Shown piece by piece: positions 9,475 to 19,441 of a stretch of DNA of 64,000 nt. The stretch lies in NCBI GenBank assembly GCA_903851445.1, contig CAINOH010000024.1, positions 82,080 through 146,079 on the forward strand, written 5' to 3'. This stretch comes from an uncultured Candidatus Micrarchaeota archaeon. Its GTDB lineage: Archaea > Micrarchaeota > Micrarchaeia > Norongarragalinales > CAINOH01. The translations under genes and the position numbers were made by a program. Position 1 is the first letter of the stretch, and each line of letters starts with the position of its first letter. The notes under the pieces are model-generated. The model was not told where the DNA came from. It saw only the letters and a list, made by a program, of their open reading frames with translations, and did no database searches.

Positions 9475-10242
9475 ATGGAATCCACGAACCAGAACAAGGA
9501 CTGGGAAATCCAGCTCTTCGACAAGGTTATCGACGAGGACGAGAAATACGAGCAGTATTCCGAGGACTTCTTCAGCTACCTTTCGGATGCAGCCAAGGAC
9601 GCCCTGGGCGGCAAGGGGCTGAAAAAGGTGCTCGAGGCTGGATGCGGGACGGGTGCCATCGGAAAACGCCTGCTGAGGAAATTCAAGAACCTGAACGTTG
9701 TTGGGGTTGACATTTCACCCAACATGGTCCGGCTTGCGAACGACGGCACGAGATCTTACAAGGCAATCAATGGCAACCTTGAAGACGAGAAGCTTTTTGC
9801 TGTCGGCTATTTTGATGCGATTCTCTGTGGGTTCATACTCCACCACTTTCCTTCCTGTAAAAAAATCGTTTCGAATTGCGCAAGGTGGCTCAAAAAGGGC
9901 GGCTATATTGTAATAGCAGAACCGAACGGTTCTTCCCCTGTCAACAAGCTGAGCAAGGCAGCGAGGCACGGCCTGGAGGGCATCTTCGGCAAGGAATGGG
10001 TAATCAAGAAGCGGCTGGCCACTCCGAACGAGACCGACCACACCGTCGATACGTACAGGAAACTTCTTGAGCAAAACGGGTTCGAAATAGTCTTCCTGCG
10101 GACCGAGCATTTCGGCTCGCAAAAAATCAGCCTACGCTCGATAGGAAGCCTAAAAGAGATTGGCTACCGCCTGTGCAACAAAGCGTTCAAGGGGGACAAA
10201 CGCAGCGGCTCTAGCATCATAATCGTTGCGAGAAAAAATTGA
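9475..10242 (+). CDS. class I SAM-dependent methyltransferase
   Basis: VLEAGCGTGAIGKRLL (motif I) and WLKKGGYIVIAEPN. Confidence 0.7.
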   Translation: MESTNQNKDWEIQLFDKVIDEDEKYEQYSEDFFSYLSDAAKDALGGKGLKKVLEAGCGTGAIGKRLLRKFKNLNVVGVDISPNMVRLANDGTRSYKAINGNLEDEKLFAVGYFDAILCGFILHHFPSCKKIVSNCARWLKKGGYIVIAEPNGSSPVNKLSKAARHGLEGIFGKEWVIKKRLATPNETDHTVDTYRKLLEQNGFEIVFLRTEHFGSQKISLRSIGSLKEIGYRLCNKAFKGDKRSGSSIIIVARKN

Positions 10243-10456
10243 GCATGAATGCGCCATTTCTGGCACAATAATGCCAATCAATAGGCGTTTTCCGCTAATA
10301 CCGCTTATCTCTTCGGCTTTTGTTCCTTTTGAATGCGCCTAAAGCTGCGGAGGTGGATATCTTGAAACGCCTCAGAACCGCAGTCGCCGCGCCATGTGGG
10401 TGATTGCATTTTGAGTTCTCCCGTCGGGGGTTCTTTAAACTGAGCCCATGTAAACG

Positions 10457-11422
10457 CTAATCACAGTAGAAATCCTCCTCGCCAAAGATATTCAAGACAA
10501 TCCGATAGTCCTCGCGCATGCTTCTGACGACTTCCGGCAGTCGTTTTTTGTCAGTCGACTTGTGATATGCCGAAAAGGTAAGCACGGGCTTGAATTTTTT
10601 TATCAGTTCCTTCATGCCTAAAAGGACGTTCTCCTCGTATCCTTCAACGTCCATCTTCACAAGGTCAACTTTTTCACCCTTTAGGAAGTCGTCAAGCCGA
10701 ACCACATCGATTTCCTGCGTCATTTGCTGATTTTTTATCAAACAGATGGATGCGCCGGTATTGCCATCTTCAGAATAACTTATGAGTGTAGCGAAATTCT
10801 TGTCTCCCACCGCCTTGCCCACCGGCACTATCACTTTCTCAAACCCGTTGCCGCGGATGTTATCCTCTAACTCTTGGAAGGTACTCTTTACCGGTTCGAA
10901 CGCGTAGACTTTCTTCGCCCCGAGCACCGCGCACATGACCGAAAACATGCCCGTGCTTGCGCCGGCGTCAACGATGACCTTGTTTTTTACGTTTGACTCG
11001 TTAACGTCGTACTGGTTCCTCACGAGCAATTCGTTAAAAATCTGAAGGTCCATGACCGAGTTGCATTTAAACTTCAATTTTCTGTTCCTGAATACACACT
11101 CGATATACTTTGGCTGGAACCCCGCCAGTATTCGGCTAGTCGCTTCATCCCGCTCCTTTCTAGCACTCTTGTGAAGCAGAGACTCCTTCAGCGTTATCGT
11201 CAACAATTTGCGGATGTAGTAGAAGTCATGGGTTCTCAAGCTTCGTCTGGCTATACTGCCATGCATTCTTTTTAGTAAGAAAAAAGCCGGTATGAAATCA
11301 AGCTCATCTGCATCTGTGATTTCCTTTTTGTTTCCAAGTTCATTGTAGAGAGTTAGTTGAACCTCTGTTCCATCCCTACAAGTCAGTTTACTCACAAAAT
11401 CACGGTGCCTTTTATAAGTCAT
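10457..11422 (-). CDS. FkbM-family methyltransferase
   Basis: VIVDAGASTGMFSV, AFEPV and VDLVKMDVEGYEENVL match the FkbM pattern. The start overlaps the upstream stop by 4 nt. Confidence 0.7.
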   Translation of the reverse strand: MTYKRHRDFVSKLTCRDGTEVQLTLYNELGNKKEITDADELDFIPAFFLLKRMHGSIARRSLRTHDFYYIRKLLTITLKESLLHKSARKERDEATSRILAGFQPKYIECVFRNRKLKFKCNSVMDLQIFNELLVRNQYDVNESNVKNKVIVDAGASTGMFSVMCAVLGAKKVYAFEPVKSTFQELEDNIRGNGFEKVIVPVGKAVGDKNFATLISYSEDGNTGASICLIKNQQMTQEIDVVRLDDFLKGEKVDLVKMDVEGYEENVLLGMKELIKKFKPVLTFSAYHKSTDKKRLPEVVRSMREDYRIVLNIFGEEDFYCD

Positions 11423-12879
11423 TTCTTCGGCTTGAAATCCGTCAGGTGCCCTATGACTGACTTAGCCGCCCTTCCTATGAATTTCACGTCATCCAAGTCG
11501 CGAACAGAAGCGAGCCTGCGCGCCACGAACTCGGGGTCGTATGCGACCTTGTAAAGCTCGCGCACCATCTTCTGCGCTTCCTCTGCAGGGTAGGGTGTTT
11601 TCATGATGGGTCGCCTCATGTCATACTCATCCCAGTCTTTGGTAAGGAGCCGGCCTTTTTCCTCGCATTCCTTGAACAGGGGCGTTCCTGGATAGGGAAT
11701 TACCACCGTTGCCTGCAAGGTCTTTGCGTAGCCTTTCTTAAGAAGGAAACGGCCAAGTGCGACGGTTTTCTTTGCATCATCTTGGGACTCCCACGGGTAG
11801 CCAATCATGATGGTAACGTGCGGCTCAAGACCTGCTTTGGAGCACTCGCGGCAGGAATCGATGCACTGCTGGGGGTTGGTGCCCTTGTTCAGGCGTTTGA
11901 GGGTCTCGGCATTTGCCGACTCAAGACCGAAAAGCAGGAAGCGGAAGTTGGCCTTCTTCATAAGCTTGTAGCGTTCGGGAGTGCACGCTCCAAAGCGCAT
12001 GTTGCAGGAAAAGTAGATTTTTTCGTTGTACCCGCGCTCAATCATCCCGTCGCAGAATTTCCCAAGCCAGTCACCAACCGGGAACGTGCCAGTATCGTCG
12101 AAGACTTCCTTTACCTTGTACTTTTCTATGAGCATCCCGATTTCGTCAAGCAAAAGCTCGGGCTTGCGCGTGCGGAACTGCGGAAAAAGGGTAGTCCAAG
12201 AGCAGAAGGCGCATTTTCCCCACCAGCAGTCGCGGCCGACCATCGTGTAGGTGCCTGGCCTGCGCTTGTAATTGCCGTTGTCAAAAGCATAATCTTTCCA
12301 ATGCGTAAGCTCGCGGTCAATGAAAGGCAGTTCGTTGAGGTCATGCGAGAGGCAGAACTTGCCGGTGTTTTTTATGTTTTGGCCTTCGCGGTAATAGGTA
12401 CCGGCTTCGAGCTTTCCTTGTTTTCCGTCCGTTTCAACGAATTCGACTATGGCTTTGAGCGCAAAGTCGTAGTCTCCGCCGGTTATTACAAAGTCAACAG
12501 GACATTTTTCAAAGGATTCCGAAGGAAGGGCAGTGACGTGGTCGCCCATCAGCACGACTGTTGTCTTGGGGTTGTCGCGCTTTATGTCCTTTATTACCTG
12601 CCAGTAGCGCTTTATGATTGGCGTCTTGGCCTCGATTGCGATGATGTCGGATGGCGACTTGTTGAACGCATCAAGCCACTCGAAATAAGTCTTCTTCTGG
12701 GCAATAGCGTCGTCCCAGATCACTTCGTGGCCCGCCTGCTTGAGGATGGTGGCGGCGTAAGCAGGAACCATCGGGTAGATGTAGCACGGCGCGTGGAAGT
12801 ACTGGAACTGCCTGTTCTGGGTAAGTAAAGGAACTCCCTTGGAAGACTCGATTGGGGGGTAAGATATTGATATCTTCAT
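11419..12879 (-). CDS. B12-binding-domain radical SAM enzyme
   Basis: 486 aa. N-terminal Rossmann-like cobalamin-binding region (TTVVLMGDHVTALP), Cys cluster DCWWGKCAFCSW, and LLFGLESAN. Confidence 0.7.
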   Translation of the reverse strand: MKISISYPPIESSKGVPLLTQNRQFQYFHAPCYIYPMVPAYAATILKQAGHEVIWDDAIAQKKTYFEWLDAFNKSPSDIIAIEAKTPIIKRYWQVIKDIKRDNPKTTVVLMGDHVTALPSESFEKCPVDFVITGGDYDFALKAIVEFVETDGKQGKLEAGTYYREGQNIKNTGKFCLSHDLNELPFIDRELTHWKDYAFDNGNYKRRPGTYTMVGRDCWWGKCAFCSWTTLFPQFRTRKPELLLDEIGMLIEKYKVKEVFDDTGTFPVGDWLGKFCDGMIERGYNEKIYFSCNMRFGACTPERYKLMKKANFRFLLFGLESANAETLKRLNKGTNPQQCIDSCRECSKAGLEPHVTIMIGYPWESQDDAKKTVALGRFLLKKGYAKTLQATVVIPYPGTPLFKECEEKGRLLTKDWDEYDMRRPIMKTPYPAEEAQKMVRELYKVAYDPEFVARRLASVRDLDDVKFIGRAAKSVIGHLTDFKPKK

Positions 12880-12986
12880 GGCAAAAAGGTTAGAGAAAGT
12901 TAGCTTAAATGCTTATTATTTAGGAGCACGACGAAGCAGTAAACAAAAGCGAGCCTGCAAATCTCTTGCAAGTTAAAGGTAGATGC

Positions 12987-13997
12987 TTAGAACATCCTCT
13001 GCGTCCACGACTTCGGGGTCTTCTCGTTCATAATCTCAATGTCAAGGTGGTAGCGGAACCTCTTCGTGCCTTTCTTCTTGATGTAGTCAACCATCGTGCC
13101 AAGGCCCTCCTTGAGCGGGGTCTTTGTCTTGTAGCCAAGCATGCGCCTTGCTTTGTCCGCCGAGCACGTGGCAAGCCTGACTTCCTGGGGCCTGTCAGGA
13201 ACGTAAATTGGCTTGAGGTCAAAATCAAGCAAGTCCGCTATCATCACCGAAAGCTCGTTTATCGAGATGAACTCCTCGTCGGGCCCTATGTTTATCAGCT
13301 CGCCAACCACGTCGTCCTGGTAGCCTGCGCGGACAAAGCAGCCCACCATGTCCTGCGCAAAGGAAAAGCAGCGTTTCTGCTCGCCGTCGCCATATATTAT
13401 GGGCTGACGGCCCTGAAGCATCAGATTAATCATGATGCTTGCCACGTTGCGGAAGGGGTCGTCGTATTTCTGTCTAGGCCCTATGATGTTGTGCGGCGCG
13501 AGGTTGACCACCTCAAGCCCGTGGACTTCGCCCAAGTTAAGCAAGAGGTTTTCAGCAGCAAGCTTGGCAACGCCATAGGGGTCCTGGGGCTTTGGAATCA
13601 TGTCCTCGGTGAAAGGAAGCCTGTCTTGGGTGCCGTAGCGTGCCATACTGGAGCAGTTGACTATGCGACGGACCTTGTTCTGGATTGCCGCGCTCGCCAC
13701 GTTAACTGTGATTTGGAAGGTGTTGTTGCACACGAGCGCGGGAGAAAAGACACTGAGGCCCTCGTAGGCAGTGCAGGCGGTGTGATATACTAAGTCAACG
13801 TCCTTCATCGCCTTGACCAGGCCCGGAAGGTTGTTGCAGTCAAGCTGGTGAAAATCAGCATCTGCAGGCACGTTGTCCATATAGCCGCCGATGAGGTTGT
13901 CGCACCCCGTAACTTCGTGGCCTTCGGCCAGCATCGCATCAGCTAGGTGGCTCCCTAGGAAACCGGCTATGCCCGTAATGAATACTTTTTTGCCCAT
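12987..13997 (-). CDS. NAD-dependent nucleotide-sugar epimerase/dehydratase
   Basis: KKVFITGIAGFLGSHL (GxxGxxG) and PYGVAKLAAE (YxxxK). Confidence 0.8.
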   Translation of the reverse strand: MGKKVFITGIAGFLGSHLADAMLAEGHEVTGCDNLIGGYMDNVPADADFHQLDCNNLPGLVKAMKDVDLVYHTACTAYEGLSVFSPALVCNNTFQITVNVASAAIQNKVRRIVNCSSMARYGTQDRLPFTEDMIPKPQDPYGVAKLAAENLLLNLGEVHGLEVVNLAPHNIIGPRQKYDDPFRNVASIMINLMLQGRQPIIYGDGEQKRCFSFAQDMVGCFVRAGYQDDVVGELINIGPDEEFISINELSVMIADLLDFDLKPIYVPDRPQEVRLATCSADKARRMLGYKTKTPLKEGLGTMVDYIKKKGTKRFRYHLDIEIMNEKTPKSWTQRMF

Positions 13998-14240
13998 GCC
14001 TTTTACACCGCATCAGTAAAACTGCTGCCAAACAACTTGGCAGATTATTGGTTAATAAATTTGCCATTCCCCCGGGCAAACAGACTTTCTGTGAATAACC
14101 TTAAAGAAACGGAGAAACCGACCAGTCGTTCCTTCCACTTGAAATCGATCATGTGGCCTTTATGTAACAGAGATTTTCATGGCAAAGGTTATTGAGAAAC
14201 CCACCTTAAATATTCGTATAGACAATCCGGGCGGCAAAAA

Positions 14241-14666
14241 ATGAAAATTCAAATCCACTTCTTTACGGCTTTGGTTGGCTCCGTGGCGATCTATTTTGTA
14301 ACAAGCGGAAACCTGCTGGCTTCGTCCCTGTTCTTCACCAGTTCGTTCCTGATTGACGCGGACCACGCCCTTGACTACGTCTTGATCTACAAGAGAATCG
14401 ATGTTCTGCGGATGCTGAAGGGTCACTTCTACAAGGACAGGATTTATGTATTCCTGCATTCGGCTGAGATTCCGATTATTGCTCTTTTGGTTTGGCCGGG
14501 AATGTATTCCGCGGTTTTTGCCGCGGGTTATTTGCTGCACCTGGCAATGGACGTGGCGGAATACCCGTTCCGCAACCCGCTCCTCACATACTTCTTGTCC
14601 TATCGTCTGGCAGTAGGCTTTTCGAAGCAAAAACTGTGCTCAAAATCCGACAACGTCATCTTTTGA
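14241..14666 (+). CDS. small membrane protein, possibly a membrane-bound metal-dependent hydrolase (YdjM/DUF457-like)
   Basis: 141 aa, about 4 TM helices, with LIDADHALDY and HLAMD motifs. Weak assignment. Confidence 0.4.
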   Translation: MKIQIHFFTALVGSVAIYFVTSGNLLASSLFFTSSFLIDADHALDYVLIYKRIDVLRMLKGHFYKDRIYVFLHSAEIPIIALLVWPGMYSAVFAAGYLLHLAMDVAEYPFRNPLLTYFLSYRLAVGFSKQKLCSKSDNVIF

Positions 14667-15612
14667 GTCTTGGCAGGAGAAGCCCGACGACGAAAAACAC
14701 GCCGTAGAACGCGTGCGTCAGCAAGCTCCCAAAGGCGACAAAAAGGCCCATAGCGATGCCTTCCTGCATCAATCCATACAGGAAAGACACCAGCAGGTGT
14801 GCAGAAAGAAGAAGCAAAAGCAAAAGCCAATACGTTTGGTCGAGAAAACCCAAGCCAAAAAGCAGGAGCGCGGCCAACACGGCCGCAGTTGGCAGGAAAT
14901 ACAAAGGCCTCAGCGAAGTCTGCGGGAACTTCTTGACAAAGAAGCCGCGATGCATTGCATAGTTTGACACTTGCCGCAAGTGCTTTGCAAATAACGGCCT
15001 GCGGTGATGATAGGCAAGGACATCAGGCGAATAGAGGAGCCTTTTTTTCTTGCCGTGCACCAGGTCAAGGCAGAGCTTGGTGTCCTCGCCGGGCCAAAAG
15101 TTGGTGTCAAAACCGCCGACCGCATCGAAATCGGACTTGCGAACAACCAAGTTTACAGTGGGAATGTCATCGCAGTCGCGGGCCTTCCGGCCGACGTAGC
15201 GAAAATCATATCCGCCGGAGCACAGGGGAGAAGAATAAGTAAGCCCGGAAGCCCGTTGCAAAAACGAGTCATCTTTCGGAGTCACTGCAGGGCCGCCCAC
15301 GCCTGCCACTTTCGGGTCCGCAAAGAGCTTTTGCGCAGAGGAAAGCCATTTTGCCGAAGGGTATGCATCGTCATCGATGAACGCAAGGAATTTTCCTTTC
15401 GCTTTCTTTGCCGCAAGGTCGCGCTTCTCTCCGGGGCCGACTTTACCGGATAGAATTACTTTCAGGCGATTGTCGCGCATCCCGAGTTCAATCTGCCCGT
15501 CCGGGACCACGAAAACTTCCTTCACCTGTGGCAGCTTCAGGCACTCCGCCACGCATCTTTTCACGTACGGAGAGCTTTTGCCCATCGCTATGATGACCGA
15601 AAAATCATTCAA
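14656..15612 (-). CDS. family 2 glycosyltransferase with C-terminal TM helices
   Basis: FSVIIAMGKSSPYVKRCV and FIDDDAYP (DxD), with a hydrophobic C-terminal ~90 aa. Start codon is TTG at 15612. Confidence 0.7.
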   Translation of the reverse strand: MNDFSVIIAMGKSSPYVKRCVAECLKLPQVKEVFVVPDGQIELGMRDNRLKVILSGKVGPGEKRDLAAKKAKGKFLAFIDDDAYPSAKWLSSAQKLFADPKVAGVGGPAVTPKDDSFLQRASGLTYSSPLCSGGYDFRYVGRKARDCDDIPTVNLVVRKSDFDAVGGFDTNFWPGEDTKLCLDLVHGKKKRLLYSPDVLAYHHRRPLFAKHLRQVSNYAMHRGFFVKKFPQTSLRPLYFLPTAAVLAALLLFGLGFLDQTYWLLLLLLLSAHLLVSFLYGLMQEGIAMGLFVAFGSLLTHAFYGVFFVVGLLLPRLKR

Positions 15613-15618
15613 CGAGAA

Positions 15619-16353
15619 TTACCCTGTTTTTATCTTGTCGTAATAGTGCATTATTCTCAGACGATACCATATTGCCATGGTATCCCACCACATATTGAAC
15701 ACGCCTGTGGAACTGACTCCGCTTCCCCCACGGAACTTGACTTCTACCGGGCACTCGCGTATGTAGAACCCACCGTAATGGGCGAGTACGAGGAGTTCTG
15801 AGTCAAACGCATAGCGCTTGACAAGCATCTTTGGCGCGGCATATTCTAAGACGGGCCTCTTGAAGAGCTTGATTCCGACCTGCGTGTCGGAAATGGGCAT
15901 CTCGAAGAATATGAAGCACATGACTTGGTAGCAACGTGAAAGAAAGCGCCGCAGGAGCGGATACTTTACTATGGAGTCTGGGTGGTTCTTGCTTCCAATC
16001 ACCACGTCGGCATTATAACGCTCCATGTACTGCAGAAAGAGCGGGATTTGACTTGGCGGAAGGTCCCTGTCCGCGTCGATGAATAGAATCGTATTGCCCC
16101 GGCTGTGCCGGAATCCTTCAAGTATCGCATGCCCTTTGCCCTTGTTCTGTTCAAGGGGTATGACCTTGCAATTATCCTTGCCGTGGCAGAAACGCCGAAG
16201 CTCGGAAAGCGTGCCATCAGGCGAGCCATCGTCCACCAGGACCATCTCAAAGGGACGGTTCAGCTTGGAAAGCTCGTCATGGATGTCGCTGAGTGCAGAA
16301 TACACGACTTTTTCCTTCTTGTAGCAGGGGATTACGACGGAGAGGCGGTCCAT
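15619..16353 (-). CDS. family 2 glycosyltransferase, dolichyl-phosphate glycosyltransferase-like
   Basis: LSVVIPCYKKEK, VLVDDGSPDGT and FIDADRD. Confidence 0.8.
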   Translation of the reverse strand: MDRLSVVIPCYKKEKVVYSALSDIHDELSKLNRPFEMVLVDDGSPDGTLSELRRFCHGKDNCKVIPLEQNKGKGHAILEGFRHSRGNTILFIDADRDLPPSQIPLFLQYMERYNADVVIGSKNHPDSIVKYPLLRRFLSRCYQVMCFIFFEMPISDTQVGIKLFKRPVLEYAAPKMLVKRYAFDSELLVLAHYGGFYIRECPVEVKFRGGSGVSSTGVFNMWWDTMAIWYRLRIMHYYDKIKTG

Positions 16354-16373
16354 GCAAAAGTCATCTTTAATGA

Positions 16374-18062
16374 TTAGTTTGCCAGCTTATAAAGTTTCAA
16401 GCAACCTGTCTCTTTTACAAGCTCGGAGCTTGCGGTTGCCCAAGTGAGGTCAATGTTCGAACTAGTGCAATAGTCAACCAGCGCGTAATTGACGCCATTG
16501 GAAACAAAGCAGGAAACGCTGTAGCTGTTTATGCAGTCATACACCCCGCCGGTCAGCGCACCGCCAAAATCAACAGGTGAAGGAGAATAAACTATGAGCC
16601 ATGGGAACTTGCTTGAAGGATTGGCAAGGCGGCCGTCAAGACCGGCCGCAAGCGACCAGGAATACGAATAATAGATACCCGAAGGGACAAGCACGGCCTT
16701 TTCCCCATCCGGGATCATGGATGGAATTGAAAGATATTCCGAAGGGTAACTGATTGGGTGAATCTGTCCCCAGAGGCCAAGTGAGGGGTAATTGTACGCG
16801 ATTGCAGACCCAATCAGGACAAGAAACGCGCCTGTTGCGAGAAGGTACCCCCTGCTCGTTTTCTTTCCCGAAAAGACCTTTTCGCCTAAGGATAGGTAGA
16901 TGCCGATTGGCGCCATTATGGCGTAGGTTACAGCTATCAGTTCTACGAACTTATTAGAGTCGCGAAAGCCCGAGAACAGCGGTACGTGGTCGTAGAGGAA
17001 GTTGAATATACCGCTAGTCCAAGGGTGCGAGATGCCGGTCGCAAGCGCAATCCCAACAATCCAACCTACTGCCAAGGTGACAAGCAGGGGGTTCTTTGGC
17101 TGACGCAGCAAAGCATAGATAGAAAGACAGAACAGGATAGCAACGAACCCGTAGACGAAAAGGATTGGAAGGAACTTGAACGCGCTTAGCATCCCGGTTT
17201 CCCGCCAGGATCCTAACATCAGGACAGACTTAACTGCCGTGTTGAACCCTGCCGAGGCTTGAGTTGAAAAAAAGGCCAAGTGGGAGTTGTCAATCGAGGA
17301 AAAGAACGGGTTCTGAAGAAGGATAAGGAAGGGGATTATCCACAGAAGGTTCAAGGCGAGGAAAACGCCTGCGAGCTGAAGGTAAGCCACCAAGTTTTTC
17401 CTGCGCGCAGGCTTGCCTAGCAAAAGGTGATTTACGAAAAGGAAAAGCGCGACGATGCAGGTATTGAGCACAAACCCCTGCAAGGAAAAGTTCAAAAAGC
17501 AGAGCGCAAGCGCAAGAGGCCATGCCTTGGAAAAGGACGGAGAGTCGGCGAACCTCTTTGCAAGATAAAGACTGATTGGCAGGAAGAAAAGGGATGCCAT
17601 CACTAGGAACTGACCCATCATTATGCGCTCGTACACGAAGGGCGAGAAGGACATTAACGCAACTGAAAGAAGGTAGGCTGCCTTGGACCTGATGCCGTAC
17701 TCGCGGTAAAGAAGGTAAAGGCCGACAGAACCAATGACAAAGATGGCAAGAAAGACCAGCTTGGAGAATATCGCCGAGGAGGCAGCGCCGAACAGAAACA
17801 GGAACGGTAATTGGACAAGATAGTAGGGAATCCAACGATAAGCTGTCCAGTCCCCGCCAGCGTACTGGAAGAAGTGCGTCACTTGGTCGACACTTACCAT
17901 GTTTCCACCCCAGTCCAAATAGATGAACTCCCCGCTTGAGAAAAAGAACGGGTGGAGTATTGCAAGGCAGGCGATTATTCCGGGAAGCACTGCCCAGGCT
18001 ATTTCGGCCCAGTTTTGAAGGAACCAGTTGCGGCTATTTTTGCCAAAGGCTGCAAGTGCCAT
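16374..18062 (-). CDS. polytopic membrane protein, GT-C-like glycosyltransferase candidate
   Basis: 562 aa, more than 10 hydrophobic helices. The C-terminal soluble module ends ...NGVNYALVDY...CLKLYKLAN, like the tails of the proteins at 30241 and 40018. Confidence 0.45.
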   Translation of the reverse strand: MALAAFGKNSRNWFLQNWAEIAWAVLPGIIACLAILHPFFFSSGEFIYLDWGGNMVSVDQVTHFFQYAGGDWTAYRWIPYYLVQLPFLFLFGAASSAIFSKLVFLAIFVIGSVGLYLLYREYGIRSKAAYLLSVALMSFSPFVYERIMMGQFLVMASLFFLPISLYLAKRFADSPSFSKAWPLALALCFLNFSLQGFVLNTCIVALFLFVNHLLLGKPARRKNLVAYLQLAGVFLALNLLWIIPFLILLQNPFFSSIDNSHLAFFSTQASAGFNTAVKSVLMLGSWRETGMLSAFKFLPILFVYGFVAILFCLSIYALLRQPKNPLLVTLAVGWIVGIALATGISHPWTSGIFNFLYDHVPLFSGFRDSNKFVELIAVTYAIMAPIGIYLSLGEKVFSGKKTSRGYLLATGAFLVLIGSAIAYNYPSLGLWGQIHPISYPSEYLSIPSMIPDGEKAVLVPSGIYYSYSWSLAAGLDGRLANPSSKFPWLIVYSPSPVDFGGALTGGVYDCINSYSVSCFVSNGVNYALVDYCTSSNIDLTWATASSELVKETGCLKLYKLAN

Positions 18063-18115
18063 AGGTGGAAATAATTAGCCGCAGCAGGATAAAAAGCAGT
18101 CCGGATGATGCAAAA

Positions 18116-19012
18116 CTAGTGCGAGCGCGGCGCGTCCTTGTCGCCAGCGGTTAGCATCGAGCGCATCAGGGACTCGGGCGCGACCTTTGCAAAGTCAACA
18201 GGGACGATGATTTTTCCCGACTTTGAGAGGACCATCTTGCGCAGGGCGTCCATATAGAGGTAGGAGAGCGTCTGCGGCGAGAGTTTCGAGGCGGTCTCGT
18301 CAAGCGCCTTCAGGTAAATCTGCTTTATGCTCGCCTGCGTCTCAATAGCGTCCTTTCTCTGCTCCGCCTCTTCCTTGAGCCTCATGGCCTCAAGCAGGTC
18401 CTTCGGGAGCACCACGTCCTTGATGTCGGCAATGGTAATGTCAATGCCCCAGGTGTCTGACTCGGCGTCGATTGCGGCCTTGAGCGCAGCAGCGAGCTTC
18501 TCGGCGTGCAGTATTATGTCGGTGTAGGAAAGCCTGGAAGAAGTCTCGCGAAGCGATGCAATTGCGGAGAGGTTGAGGAGCTGGCTGATGTTCTTTGCCG
18601 AGACCACGTACTTTGCCGGGTCGATTATGTTGTAGTTTATGGATGCCGTGACGTTCATCACCACCCCGTCCGCCGAGATGACCTTCTGGGAGGGAATTAC
18701 CACTGCCTGTGTGCGAAGGTCAACTAGGGAGTAGGAGTCTATGACTGGCATCATCCAGACCCAGCCCGGGCCGACAACGCCGTGCAGCCTGCCACGGCGG
18801 AAAAGGACGCCGCGCTCGTACTCCCGAAACTCCACTAAACGGGGGAAGAGAAAGACGACAAGTGCAAGGAAAAGGAGCCCGATTGCGAAAAATATCGGGT
18901 TTATCATGTTAAGGACAAAGACCGCGCCAGCCAGGACTATGGCAGCTGCTATGATGCTCACAAAAACCAGGACTTGACGGTCCTCGAAAAGCGATGCCAA
19001 ACCCAAAACCAC
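18116..19012 (-). CDS. SPFH/band-7 (stomatin/prohibitin-like) membrane protein
   Basis: N-terminal TM helices, then EYERGVLFRRGRL...VDLRTQ...KDVVLPKDLLEAM, typical of an SPFH domain. GTG start. Confidence 0.75.
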   Translation of the reverse strand: MVLGLASLFEDRQVLVFVSIIAAAIVLAGAVFVLNMINPIFFAIGLLFLALVVFLFPRLVEFREYERGVLFRRGRLHGVVGPGWVWMMPVIDSYSLVDLRTQAVVIPSQKVISADGVVMNVTASINYNIIDPAKYVVSAKNISQLLNLSAIASLRETSSRLSYTDIILHAEKLAAALKAAIDAESDTWGIDITIADIKDVVLPKDLLEAMRLKEEAEQRKDAIETQASIKQIYLKALDETASKLSPQTLSYLYMDALRKMVLSKSGKIIVPVDFAKVAPESLMRSMLTAGDKDAPRSH

Positions 19013-19125
19013 ACATTACTACTGAGCAGTAGTGATAAATGCATATTCGTGTTTTTAAGCCTTGGCAAAAAGGCTGACGAGCGAGGATAATTTACAGGGG
19101 AAACGTGGTCGGCAAAAGAATATAA

Positions 19126-19151
19126 CCACTAATATACCTAAATATTAGTGG
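19126..19151. promoter_or_regulatory. perfect 10-bp inverted repeat (CCACTAATAT-6 nt-ATATTAGTGG), putative TA operator
   Basis: Read directly from the sequence. It lies between a TATAA element (19121-19125) and the antitoxin ATG at 19159. Confidence 0.5.
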
Positions 19152-19158
19152 TGTTTTT

Positions 19159-19428
19159 ATGGGTGAAACGGTGGTAAGGTTTTCTGGTGCGCCAGAAATA
19201 GTGCTTGAAAAGCTAGTCTCCCTTGGCTACTACCAGACCAAGACCGAGGCGCTGCGTGCCGGGGTAATGCACCTTGGAAAGGAGTATAACGTCTCAACTG
19301 GCGCAAAGGAAATCGAGGACGAACTAGCAATACGCAAGATGCTGAAAGTAAATGCGGAAGTTGATTCTGGCAAGCGCAAGCTAGTGCCGCTTGACGCGGT
19401 GCTTGAGAAATACGGAGCAAAGCGGTAA
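19159..19428 (+). CDS. putative antitoxin
   Basis: 89 aa ORF 13 nt upstream of a RelE/ParE-like gene, with an operator-like palindrome upstream. Confidence 0.5.
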   Translation: MGETVVRFSGAPEIVLEKLVSLGYYQTKTEALRAGVMHLGKEYNVSTGAKEIEDELAIRKMLKVNAEVDSGKRKLVPLDAVLEKYGAKR

Positions 19429-19441
19429 AGGCGAAAAGACA

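Noticed and set aside
10243-10456. 214-nt gap between convergent genes containing a 10-nt direct repeat tgaatgcgcc (10246 and 10330), considered as an ncRNA or mobile-element scar
   Set aside because: I could find no convincing stable fold, box motifs, promoter or small ORF. The repeat is short enough to be chance.
11782-12828. 348-aa ORF on the + strand
   Set aside because: Entirely antisense to the well-supported radical SAM gene (11419..12879). The sequence is Arg/Val/Gly-rich with no motifs, typical of a shadow ORF.
12966-13793. 275-aa ORF on the + strand
   Set aside because: Antisense to the NAD-dependent epimerase gene, which has clear GxxGxxG and YxxxK motifs. No protein-like features.
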